The notes below the pieces were generated by a model. That model was not told the DNA's origin, did not search any database, and saw only the letters and a list, made by a program, of their open reading frames with translations. This document shows, one piece after another, positions 29,064 through 37,576 of a DNA stretch of 64,000 nt. Made by a program: the position numbers and the translations under genes. The DNA comes from Myxococcales bacterium (GTDB lineage Bacteria; Myxococcota_A; UBA9160; SMWR01): positions 13,195 to 77,194 of the forward strand of contig JAOUNA010000001.1 in NCBI GenBank assembly GCA_029881215.1, given 5' to 3'. Position 1 is the stretch's first letter; each line of letters begins with the position of its first letter.

Positions 29064-30224
29064 GATCTCGACCGCCTCGAGCAGGCGCAGGAACGCAGCC
29101 GCCACCGTCTCGCCCGAGAGCTCTCTGCAGGGGCGCGGCTCACCCGCGCGCTCCGCGCGAAGCACCCGCGCGCGCTCCCCGAGCAGATAGGGTCCGGTGC
29201 GCTCCTCGCGGGCGCGCGGCCCGAAGAGCGCGAGCGTGGGGACGCCGAGCGCCGACGCGAGGTGCAGCGGACCGGTGTCGCAGGTGACGAGGCAGGCGCT
29301 GCGCAGCAGCAGAGCGCCGAGCACGTCGAGCGGCACCGGCGCCGCGGGAAGCACCGCGCGTCCGGAGGGCAAGGCGCGGCGCGCGGCGTGCGCCATCCAG
29401 CGCTCGCGCCGCGAGAAGTGGCTCAGATAGAAGACCGCTTCCCGGCGCGCCAGGACGGCGCGCGCGAACGACACGAAGTTGCGGATGGGCCAGCTGCGAT
29501 CGAGGCGCCGCGACCACAGCCGCGCGGTCTGGTGGGTGCCCACGCAGTAGAAGATCAGCAGCGCATCCGGCTCGACACGAAGCTCGCGCAGCAGCGCATC
29601 GGCGCGGGCGCGCGCGGCGTCGCTCACCTGGAACACCATCGGCCAGGGCGGGTCGGCGACGCCGAGCGGTGCCGCATAGAGCACCGCCGACTCCGCCGCG
29701 TGATGGCATTCCGTGCGCCCCGCGTTGTGCAGCGACGCAACCACCGGAAGCGCCGGGGCGCGCGCCATCGCGTCGGGATCCAGGCAGTGACGCGCACCGA
29801 GTTCGCGCAACATCGCGAGGAGCGGCGCCGGCTCGTTCTGGACCAGGATCACATCCGGTGCGAGCTGACGCGCCTCCCGGGCGACGCCTTCGAGCAGGCG
29901 CGCGGGGCTCGTGCGCCGGAAGCCGCGCGGAATTTCGAGGGTGCGATCGACGTGGGGATGACCGCGCCACACCGCGGGCGCATTGGTGAGCACGCTGACG
30001 CGCAGGGTCGGGTGCGCGCGGCGCAGCGCCTGGGGAATCGGCGTCCAGAAGAGGTTCTCACCCATGCGGCCGTGTCGCACCAGCAACAGCTGGCGCACGC
30101 GCCCCGCGTCGAGATCGCGCCGCAGCGCCGCGAACGCGGGATCCGGCGCCGCCCGCGGCGACGTCTCGGCCGCGCCGGTCTCGGCTGCCCCAGCGGCGTG
30201 CGCGAGCGGGCGGTCTGCCTTCAT
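29043..30224 (-). CDS. Glycosyltransferase family 9 (heptosyltransferase-like)
   Basis: ATG at 30224. C-terminal CDTGPLHLASALGVPTLALFGP resembles the GT9 DSGPMHLAAALG..FGP motif. ATGA overlap with the upstream SGNH gene. Confidence 0.7.
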   Translation of the reverse strand: MKADRPLAHAAGAAETGAAETSPRAAPDPAFAALRRDLDAGRVRQLLLVRHGRMGENLFWTPIPQALRRAHPTLRVSVLTNAPAVWRGHPHVDRTLEIPRGFRRTSPARLLEGVAREARQLAPDVILVQNEPAPLLAMLRELGARHCLDPDAMARAPALPVVASLHNAGRTECHHAAESAVLYAAPLGVADPPWPMVFQVSDAARARADALLRELRVEPDALLIFYCVGTHQTARLWSRRLDRSWPIRNFVSFARAVLARREAVFYLSHFSRRERWMAHAARRALPSGRAVLPAAPVPLDVLGALLLRSACLVTCDTGPLHLASALGVPTLALFGPRAREERTGPYLLGERARVLRAERAGEPRPCRELSGETVAAAFLRLLEAVEISARCGE

Positions 30225-31630
30225 GGGAGCGGCATTCCATCCGTCCCGAGCAGCGCGCGCAGCGCGGGGACGAGAACCTCCGCGATGGCGCGCTGCCCCT
30301 TCTGATTCCAGTGCCCGGCCACCCAGTACGAATCGAAATCTTCCGTGTAGGCGCCGGCGGTCTCGAGGAACGGAATCTCGTACGCCGCGAGCGCGCGCCG
30401 CAGGCGCGCCTCGGCATCGGGATCCCGATCCACCAGGAACACCACAAGCCGCGCGCCGTCGCTGGCCACGATGCGGTTCAGGTCGCGCAGCAGGAGCTCC
30501 GTGACGCGCCAGGCCTCTTCGGGGTCCACCTTCTCCTCGACGTCGCGCTTGATCGCAAGCTGGCGCAGCGCCGCCTCCAGGAACAGGGAGAGCGGCGCGC
30601 GCCGCAGCAGCCCCGCGCCGAAGAGCCCCGTGTCGCGCAGGTTCGGCACCGGAACGCCGGTGAGCATCAACACGGCTCCGTAGCGCTCGAACACCGGTTT
30701 GCGCCCGCGCCAGTACTCGCCCAGCACGTTGTAGGGCACGTCGTTCGTGCAGAACTGCAGCACCACGAGGTCGGGTGCATAGCGCCGGCCGTGGTGCAGG
30801 TAGGCCAGCAGCTCCTGATCGGTCGAGTAGCCACCGACGCCGAGTGACACCACCTGGAGCGGCCGCTCCGCGGCGAGCCGCGCAGCGATCAGCGCCGTGT
30901 AGGTCTCCGCATCGTTTACGGTGTATGCCTCCGTGTGGGAATCTCCGAGGAAGACGATGCGCTGCGTGCCCGCCGGCTTCTCGAACGGGATCTCGGCCGT
31001 GCGAAATCCGTGGAGATCGATGCTCTCCGTCGCGGTGAACTCGTCCGTGCGCCGCTGCGCCGTGAGGCCGCGGCGCAGCTTCCAGCCGAGCCGGGAATCG
31101 TGCTCGGTGAACAGGTTGTTGTGGCTGCGCTTGGGCAGCACGAACGCGTCCACGAAGAGGTTCAGGATGACCAGCAGAAGCAGATTCAGGGCCACGATCA
31201 CCAGGCTGAAGGCCAGCGCCTTGCGGTCGCCGCGCAGCGCCTGGCGCAGGGCCGCGCCGCAGAGCAGCGCCGCGGAGATCGTGACGCCCGCGCCGAGGCT
31301 GCCCTGCCTGGCGACGAGCACGAGCAGCAGCAGCGTGAGCAGCAGCCAGGGCACGAAGCCGATGCGCCCGACCAGCACGCGGCCGATCTCGAGCAGCGTG
31401 CTGCGCCAGTCGGGCAGGAAGCTGCAGCCGATCCACAGGCCCCATGCGATGGCGGAGAGCGCGACACCGGGTGCGGTGCCCTCCGCTGCGAAGAGCATGG
31501 CGCGGACGTCGCCCAGCGCGATGCACAGCGCCGGCGCGATCCAGGCGGCGTGGAGCATCCGGCCCAGCACGGCGTCCAGCGCCGGCAGCCCCGGTGTTGC
31601 GTGGCAGAGCGGAGAATCGGTGTCGCGCAT
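30221..31630 (-). CDS. Membrane-anchored SGNH/GDSL hydrolase family protein
   Basis: N-terminal roughly 170 aa carry several hydrophobic helices. Then RIVFLGDSHTE (block I Ser), GVGGYSTDQ, LQFCTNDV and a C-terminal HWN-type block. Confidence 0.7.
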   Translation of the reverse strand: MRDTDSPLCHATPGLPALDAVLGRMLHAAWIAPALCIALGDVRAMLFAAEGTAPGVALSAIAWGLWIGCSFLPDWRSTLLEIGRVLVGRIGFVPWLLLTLLLLVLVARQGSLGAGVTISAALLCGAALRQALRGDRKALAFSLVIVALNLLLLVILNLFVDAFVLPKRSHNNLFTEHDSRLGWKLRRGLTAQRRTDEFTATESIDLHGFRTAEIPFEKPAGTQRIVFLGDSHTEAYTVNDAETYTALIAARLAAERPLQVVSLGVGGYSTDQELLAYLHHGRRYAPDLVVLQFCTNDVPYNVLGEYWRGRKPVFERYGAVLMLTGVPVPNLRDTGLFGAGLLRRAPLSLFLEAALRQLAIKRDVEEKVDPEEAWRVTELLLRDLNRIVASDGARLVVFLVDRDPDAEARLRRALAAYEIPFLETAGAYTEDFDSYWVAGHWNQKGQRAIAEVLVPALRALLGTDGMPLP

Positions 31631-31686
31631 CTCGGTGCGCCGGCGCGCCGCTGGTGGCGTGCCCGACGAGGCGGAATACTAGCGCC

Positions 31687-32430
31687 ATGCAGCCGCTGTA
31701 TTCGATCCTGTTCTGGCTGTTCTTCGCGGCGAGCTCGATCGCCCTCTTCCCGCTCGCCGTGATCCTCTGGGCGCTGACGGCGCCCTTCGACCGGCGGCGC
31801 CGCATCCTGCACCAGTTCACCTGCTTCTGGGCCTCGCTCTACACCTGGCTCAATCCGGCCTGGCCGGTCGTGATCCAGGGACGCGAGCACATCCGGCCCG
31901 GCGAGACCTACGTGATGGTGGCCAACCACCTCTCGTTGCTCGATATCCTCGTGCTCTTCCGGCTCTTCACCCACTTCAAGTGGGTGTCGAAGAGCGAGAA
32001 CTTCCGCGTGCCGTGCATCGGCTGGAACATGCGACTGAACCGCTACATCGAGCTGCGCCGGGGCGATCGCGCGAGCGTCGTGCAGATGATGAAGGCCTGC
32101 CGCAGCGCCCTCGCAGAGGGCAATTCGATCATGATCTTTCCGGAGGGAACGCGGTCGCCCACGGGCCGGCTGCGCAGCTTCAGGACCGGTGCCTTCGATG
32201 TCGCCAAGGACACGCAGCGGCCCATCCTGCCCATCGCGTTGCAGGGCACGCACGACGCCCTCCCCAAGCGCGGCGTGGTGCTGCGCGGCCGCCACCCGAT
32301 CCGCGTGACCGTGCTCGAGGAGATTCCGTACGAGAGCTTCGCGCGTCAGTCCTCGGAGGAGCTGGCGGAACGGGTCCGCGCCCGCATCGCGGCGCAGATC
32401 GAAGAGAAGGAAGCGCCTCCACAGTTCTGA
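31687..32430 (+). CDS. 1-acyl-sn-glycerol-3-phosphate acyltransferase (PlsC/LPLAT) family
   Basis: N-terminal transmembrane segment. H-x4-D motif VANHLSLLD, and FPEGTRS. Confidence 0.85.
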   Translation: MQPLYSILFWLFFAASSIALFPLAVILWALTAPFDRRRRILHQFTCFWASLYTWLNPAWPVVIQGREHIRPGETYVMVANHLSLLDILVLFRLFTHFKWVSKSENFRVPCIGWNMRLNRYIELRRGDRASVVQMMKACRSALAEGNSIMIFPEGTRSPTGRLRSFRTGAFDVAKDTQRPILPIALQGTHDALPKRGVVLRGRHPIRVTVLEEIPYESFARQSSEELAERVRARIAAQIEEKEAPPQF

Positions 32431-32477
32431 GCGGATCGCCCGGCAGGCGGCGAACGCGTGCAACGCGCCGGAATCGA

Positions 32478-33050
32478 TCAGTCGCGCTGGTGCCAGAGCG
32501 AGGGCTCGTACGCCCCGGCCATGGCCGCCTCGTCGAGCTCGCCGCCGAGGAAGGCCGCCACTTCCGACGCCACGGCCGCCGGATCGGCGACGAGGCGCTC
32601 GGTCTCCACGCCGAGCAGTGTCACGCGCGGCTGCCCCTCGGCCCAGCGCTCGAGATCGGCGAGCTGCGCGGCGAAGATCTCCGACAGACGCGCGTCGGGG
32701 AGAACGCCCTCGACGCCGCCGAAGCGCGCGAGCATGGCCCGCTGCGACGCGACCACCTGGCCGAGCGGCCGGCGCAGCAGGATCACACGGTAGGGGTAGG
32801 CGTCGGGCAGCGACGCCACCAGGGCGTGCACCAGCTTCACCGCCCGCCCCAGCGCCTGCGCCAGCCACGACGTGTCGCGAAGCGTGCGCTTGGCCGCCTC
32901 GAACTCGAAGTAGCCGCGCGGGTTGTGCTCGTCGGGCTCGCGAAGGCCGTCGGTCAGCAGTGGAAAGCCGCCGGCCCCGAGCATCTGCATCATCAGCGAG
33001 GTGCCCGAGCGCGGCACGCCGCTCACCAGGGTGACGAAGTCGCGCGCCAT
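32478..33050 (-). CDS. Sulfotransferase family protein
   Basis: 190 aa. PAPS 5'-phosphosulfate-binding loop SGVPRSGTSLM near the N-terminus and RRPLGQVVAS (3'-phosphate-binding-like). Confidence 0.6.
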   Translation of the reverse strand: MARDFVTLVSGVPRSGTSLMMQMLGAGGFPLLTDGLREPDEHNPRGYFEFEAAKRTLRDTSWLAQALGRAVKLVHALVASLPDAYPYRVILLRRPLGQVVASQRAMLARFGGVEGVLPDARLSEIFAAQLADLERWAEGQPRVTLLGVETERLVADPAAVASEVAAFLGGELDEAAMAGAYEPSLWHQRD

Positions 33051-33212
33051 CAGCGCCGCACCCCGCGCGCCAGGGGAGATTGCTCCACGCGTTGCCGGTG
33101 AGCTGCCGCGAAGCTGCCGGCGGCGCGCGAGAACGCGCGCGCCCGCTTGCCTGCAGCGCCGCGCGTCGTCGTATAATGCGCGGCCAAGAGCTGCACGCGA
33201 CGCGTTCCACCC

Positions 33213-33473
33213 ATGAGCGAATCCCCTTCCGACACGGCGATGATGACGGCAGACGAAGCAGCGGCCTGGCTGCGCGAAGTCGGGGGCGAACTATACCGGA
33301 CCCCCCCGAGCTACGGGGACGGCAGGGCCTGGGTGGCGGTGGTGCGCGCGCCTGCCGTGCGCGGGCACAGCGGCCCGCTGATCGTGGCGCTCGGCGGAAG
33401 CATGCAGGAGGCGACGGCGACCGCGGCCCAGCAGTGGCACCAGCTCTGGCGGAAGCGCGGCGTGCTCCACTGA
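33213..33473 (+). CDS. Small hypothetical protein (86 aa)
   Basis: ATG ORF with acceptable codon bias, 41 nt upstream of and co-oriented with the AIR-synthase-related gene. No family recognised. Confidence 0.4.
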   Translation: MSESPSDTAMMTADEAAAWLREVGGELYRTPPSYGDGRAWVAVVRAPAVRGHSGPLIVALGGSMQEATATAAQQWHQLWRKRGVLH

Positions 33474-33514
33474 GCGGCGGCCGAGCGCGGCCCGGCTTCG
33501 GTACCCTGCCGCGC

Positions 33515-34513
33515 GTGTCGGATGCACTCCCCAACGGCAAGCTCCCCGCGGCGCTGCTGCGCGAGCTGCTCGCGGCGAGCCCGCCGCTGCCGCCGGAGGT
33601 GCGCCTCGGCCCGCGCGTGGGCGAGGACGCCTGCGCCATCGACGTGCCGGCCGGAGCGCTGGTGGCCGCCACCGATCCCATCACGCTGACGGGCAGCGGC
33701 GTGGCCGCGCACGCCGTCGTGGTCAACGCGAACGACGTGGCGGTGATGGGCGTGCGGCCGCGCTGGTTCCTGGCCAGCGTGCTGTTTCCATCGGGCACGC
33801 GCGCGGCGGATGTGCGCGCCTGCTTCGCGCAGATGCAGGCCGCGCTGCGCGCCGCCGACGTGACCCTCGTGGGCGGACACACGGAAGTGACGAGCGCGGT
33901 GACCCAGACCGTCGTGGTGGGCCAGATGCTGGGGCTGGCGACGGACGGCCGCTTCGTGCCGACCGGGGGCGCGCGGCCGGGAGACGCCGTCGTGCAGGTC
34001 GGCCCGGCGCCCATCGAGGGCGCGGCCGTGCTCGCCGCCGAGGCGGGCGCGCGGCTCGCCGGCGTCGATGCCGCGCTGCGCGCGGCGGCCGCCGGAGCGC
34101 TCGAACGGCCCGGCATCTCCGTCGTCGCGTGCGCCCTGCGCGCCGCCGAGCTCGGCGCCACGGCGCTGCACGACCCGACGGAGGGGGGCCTCGCCTGCGG
34201 CCTGCACGAGCTCGCCGACGCCTCGGGGGTGCGCATCGTGCTCGACGAAGCCGCCGTGCTCTGGTTCGAGCCGGGGGTCGCCGTGTGCTGCGCCCTCGGC
34301 GCGGATCCCTGGGGCACGCTGGCTTCGGGGGCGCTGCTGGCCACCTTCCCGGAGGCGCACGCCGGGCGCGCCTGCCGGGCCCTCGCGGAGTCGACACCAT
34401 CCCGCGTCATCGGACGCGTCGAGGCGGGCACCGGCGTGGTGCATGCAGACGGCAGCGCCCTGCGCGAGTTCGCGCGCGATGAGGTGGCGCGCGTGCTCGA
34501 AGCGGAACGCTGA
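33515..34513 (+). CDS. AIR synthase-related (PurM/HypE/ThiL superfamily) protein
   Basis: GTG at 33515. VGEDACAID, ATDPITL, NANDVAVMGVRPRW, LVGGHTE and GDAVV are PurM-superfamily N and C domain motifs. No HypE C-terminal Cys motif. Confidence 0.7.
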   Translation: MSDALPNGKLPAALLRELLAASPPLPPEVRLGPRVGEDACAIDVPAGALVAATDPITLTGSGVAAHAVVVNANDVAVMGVRPRWFLASVLFPSGTRAADVRACFAQMQAALRAADVTLVGGHTEVTSAVTQTVVVGQMLGLATDGRFVPTGGARPGDAVVQVGPAPIEGAAVLAAEAGARLAGVDAALRAAAAGALERPGISVVACALRAAELGATALHDPTEGGLACGLHELADASGVRIVLDEAAVLWFEPGVAVCCALGADPWGTLASGALLATFPEAHAGRACRALAESTPSRVIGRVEAGTGVVHADGSALREFARDEVARVLEAER

Positions 34514-34551
34514 GACGCGCGGAGCCCGTGGCCAGGCGCTCGTACGCGCCG

Positions 34552-35655
34552 CTATCGGCGGCGCGGAATGGCGCGGCGCAGCCGGCTCGCGCGGTACAGC
34601 AGCGCGAGCGCTCCGATCCCGGCCGCCAGCAGCGCCACGCGGCCGGGCTCCGGCACCTGCAGCGTGAGGATGCCGATGTGGCCCGTGTGCGTCTGGAAGC
34701 CCGGACCGATCCAGTGGGTGAGCGCGGGCGTCACGAGCTGCAGGTTGCGCATGCCGCTCGGCGTGGCCGTGTCGTAGCCCGCGCGGTGCAGGATCGTGGT
34801 GTACACGCCCGTGGCGTAGACCGTCACCGAGCCGGTGGTCCAGGGCGTGCCCGAGCCGCGAACCGTGAGCGTGCTCGTCTTGCCATTGATGTTGTTGTAG
34901 TACCGGTTCTCGATATCGTGCGGATTCAGCCAGTTGGTCGTCTTGCCCTGCTTGTCGTAAGCGGTGGGCGTGCACTCGAAGCAGCGGCCCAGCGCCACGA
35001 CCATGTTCCAGCTGCCTGCCCCGGTGTAGGTGCCGGCAATCCCGGGCACCACATACTTCCTGACCGCGCCGAACCTGCCGAGCAGGCCCATGGCGCCACC
35101 GAAGGTGTTCGGACCCGGTTGGATGATCCAGGTGCCGGCCCGCTGCCCCATGCCTGTCTTGGTGACAGCACCCGGCCCGCCCCCCGCGAAGAAGCTGCCC
35201 GCGGCGTTCACGAACGTCGCATAGGTATTGCTCTGCAAGTAAGAACGCAAGTAAGAAGTAGTGGGAAGCCACCCAGTGGTCATGATGCCGAACGCGGACT
35301 GCGGCATCGAGATTCCGCCGGCCGCGCCCGGCGTCGTCGTGCTGATCAGCGAGGGACCACCCGCGCGCGGCCCGGTCGCGGGAGCGCCTGCCTGCATGAC
35401 GGACGGCGGGCAATAGCGAAAGCCCACCGGGTGGGTCGGGGTTCCCTTGTACGGCGTGGCGTACTGGCAGTCGTGCCCGAGCGGCCACCCCGTCCAGTCC
35501 GCCGCGGTGTACGGCGGCTGCGTGCCACTGGTGATGTCGTTTCCGAAGGCGTGCATGATGAAGGACGCGTGAAACAGCGCGGGGCCCGCCTGGGCCGTGC
35601 CGGGCAGCGCCAGCACGATGGCGGTGAAGAGGCTCGCGAGCGTTCGCTTCGACAT
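34552..35655 (-). CDS. Secreted PEP-CTERM protein, unknown domain (paralog 1)
   Basis: GAGGAGG ribosome-binding site plus ATG at 35655. Signal peptide ..ALPGTAQA. C-terminal VPEPGRVALLAAGIGALALLYRASRLRR, which is PEP, a transmembrane segment and a basic tail. Confidence 0.8.
   Translation of the reverse strand: MSKRTLASLFTAIVLALPGTAQAGPALFHASFIMHAFGNDITSGTQPPYTAADWTGWPLGHDCQYATPYKGTPTHPVGFRYCPPSVMQAGAPATGPRAGGPSLISTTTPGAAGGISMPQSAFGIMTTGWLPTTSYLRSYLQSNTYATFVNAAGSFFAGGGPGAVTKTGMGQRAGTWIIQPGPNTFGGAMGLLGRFGAVRKYVVPGIAGTYTGAGSWNMVVALGRCFECTPTAYDKQGKTTNWLNPHDIENRYYNNINGKTSTLTVRGSGTPWTTGSVTVYATGVYTTILHRAGYDTATPSGMRNLQLVTPALTHWIGPGFQTHTGHIGILTLQVPEPGRVALLAAGIGALALLYRASRLRRAIPRRR
34631..34870. repeat. 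Direct repeat copy A (3' end of PEP-CTERM paralog 1)
   Basis: 59-nt perfect identity between 34631-34689 and 35745-35803, followed by further identical runs of about 46 nt and about 35 nt. Confidence 0.85.
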
Positions 35656-35686
35656 GATCGATCCTCCTCGTGCCATGCATTGCAGG

Positions 35687-36709
35687 TCAGAGTCTCCGGC
35701 TCGCGCGGTGCAGCAGGAGCAGCGCCGCGATGCCCGCGGCGAAGAGCGCCACGCGGCCGGGCTCCGGCACCTGCAGCGTGAGGATGCCGATGTGGCCCGT
35801 GTGGTCTTGCCAGCCGGGGCCGATCCAGTGGGTGAGCGCGGGCGTCACGAGCTGCAGGTTGCGCACGCCGCCGGGTGTGACCGTGTCGTAGCCCGCGCGG
35901 TGCAGGATCGTGGTGTAGATGCCTTCCCGAGCGTAGAGCGTCACCGAGCCGGTGGTCCAAGGCGTACCGGAGCCGCGCAACTGCACCTTGCTCTTCATGC
36001 TGTTCACGTGGTTGGTGTAGGTGTTGACTGTGAGGTGCGGATTGAGCCAGTTCGTCGGCTTGCTCGTCCTGTATGCGGTGGGCTCGGCATAGGGCACGCG
36101 CCCGAGCGCGCGAATCATGTCCCAGCTTCCCGTGCCCACGTAGGTGCCGGCATAGCCCGTAAACTCGACGCGCGCGCCGAGCTGACCCAGCAAGCCCATG
36201 GCGCCACCGAAGGCGTTCACACCCTCGTGAATGACCCACGTCCCCGCCTGCTTTCCCACGCCCGTCTTGGTCTTCTGACCGAGACCCGCGGCGGGGCCTC
36301 CACCGGCGAAGAATGTCGCCGCGGCGTTCACGAACGTCGCATACGTCACAGCTACGTAATGAGGCTCGCTGTAGGTACCCCATGAGCCCGTCGCGGTGAC
36401 GCCGAACGCCGCCTCTGGCAGCGCGATGGATGCGGGCGATCCGCTGCCCACGCCGAGCGAGCCCGATCCCGTGGCGGGAGCGCCGATCGAGAAGGCGGAA
36501 GGTTCGCAAGAGTAGGCGTAGCAGCGATGTCCCAACGGCCACGCTGTGAAGCGACTCGCGGTGTAGGGCCAGACGAAGCCGCTGGTCACGTCGTTGCCGA
36601 AGGCGTGCATGATGAACGACGCTTCGAAGAGCGCGGGGCCCGCGGAGACCTGCGTGGTGCTCGCCAGAAGTCCAGCCGCGAGCGCCATGCATCGCGCGTG
36701 CAGCTTCAT
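35687..36709 (-). CDS. Secreted PEP-CTERM protein, unknown domain (paralog 2)
   Basis: GGAGGAG ribosome-binding site plus ATG at 36709. Signal peptide ..TTQVSA. C-terminal VPEPGRVALFAAGIAALLLLHRASRRL. Collinear similarity to paralog 1. Confidence 0.8.
   Translation of the reverse strand: MKLHARCMALAAGLLASTTQVSAGPALFEASFIMHAFGNDVTSGFVWPYTASRFTAWPLGHRCYAYSCEPSAFSIGAPATGSGSLGVGSGSPASIALPEAAFGVTATGSWGTYSEPHYVAVTYATFVNAAATFFAGGGPAAGLGQKTKTGVGKQAGTWVIHEGVNAFGGAMGLLGQLGARVEFTGYAGTYVGTGSWDMIRALGRVPYAEPTAYRTSKPTNWLNPHLTVNTYTNHVNSMKSKVQLRGSGTPWTTGSVTLYAREGIYTTILHRAGYDTVTPGGVRNLQLVTPALTHWIGPGWQDHTGHIGILTLQVPEPGRVALFAAGIAALLLLHRASRRL
35745..35985. repeat. Direct repeat copy B (3' end of PEP-CTERM paralog 2)
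   Basis: Partner of 34631-34870, with about 1.1 kb spacing in the same orientation. Confidence 0.85.
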
Positions 36710-36817
36710 GGCATCTCCTCCCTGGGGTGCGTGCGCCGAGCTTTCCTCGCGCAGCGCATCGGCAACGAGCCTAACACGAATGCACGGCAGGCTGTGCGGT
36801 CGCGTTGCTCGGATCTA

Positions 36818-36843
36818 CAAGAGGGAGTGTTCACTCCCTCTTG
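36818..36843 (-). terminator. Terminator-like hairpin after the chaC-trmH-GATase operon
   Basis: caagagggagtg-tt-cactccctcttg, perfect 12-nt inverted arms, 17 nt downstream of the GATase stop. No clear U-tract. Confidence 0.4.
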
Positions 36844-36859
36844 CGCGCGACTGCGCGCG

Positions 36860-37576
36860 TCAGCCGCGCAGCAGCGCCGCGAAGCGCTGGAGCAGGCGCG
36901 GACCCGCGGGGGCCTCGCGTACCTCGCGCGCGAGCTGCTCGGGATCGAGGCCCTCATCGCGCAGCAGGTCGGCGCGCGCGTCGCAGTAGCCGAGCATCAC
37001 CGCCGCGTCGAACTCGGGGTGGAACTGCACGCCCCAGGCGCGCGCGCCGACGGCGAACGCCTGATTCGCATCGTGCGCGTTCTCCGCCAGTCGCCGCGCG
37101 CCGGGCGGCAGCTCGAGCACGCTCTCCAGGTGGCTCTGCTGCGCGGCGATCGGCCCGTCGAGCACGCCGAAGAGCGCGTCGCGCTGCGCATCGGGCAGCG
37201 GGCGCAGCGTCGCGGTGCCCATCTCGCGGCCGCGCGGGTTCGGTCCGACGCGCCCGCCCAAGGCGTGGGCGAGCAGCTGGTGTCCGTAGCAGATGCCGAG
37301 CACCGGCCTGCCGGCAGCCACCGCGCGCGCGAGCCACGCGGCGCTGCGCTCGCTCCACGCCAGGCGCGCGCTCACCATCTCGGCCGAGCCCGTCAGCACC
37401 ACGGCCGCCGGCGCGCCCGGGTCGGGCAGAGTCTCTCCGAGATAGGGCGCCACCACGTCCACGGCCGCGCGCGCGAGCCCCATGCCCTCGGCGATCCAGT
37501 CCTCGAAGTCACCGGCGCGGCGCGCACTCGCCTCGGGGAGCGCAGCGCCCAGCTTCACGATGAGGGGTCGCGTCAC
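36860..37576 (-). CDS. Class I glutamine amidotransferase (GuaA-N-like, stand-alone)
   Basis: GTG at 37576 overlaps the trmH-family stop (GTGA). GDFEDWI, nucleophile GICYGHQLLA and VQFHPEF. Confidence 0.8.
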   Translation of the reverse strand: MTRPLIVKLGAALPEASARRAGDFEDWIAEGMGLARAAVDVVAPYLGETLPDPGAPAAVVLTGSAEMVSARLAWSERSAAWLARAVAAGRPVLGICYGHQLLAHALGGRVGPNPRGREMGTATLRPLPDAQRDALFGVLDGPIAAQQSHLESVLELPPGARRLAENAHDANQAFAVGARAWGVQFHPEFDAAVMLGYCDARADLLRDEGLDPEQLAREVREAPAGPRLLQRFAALLRG

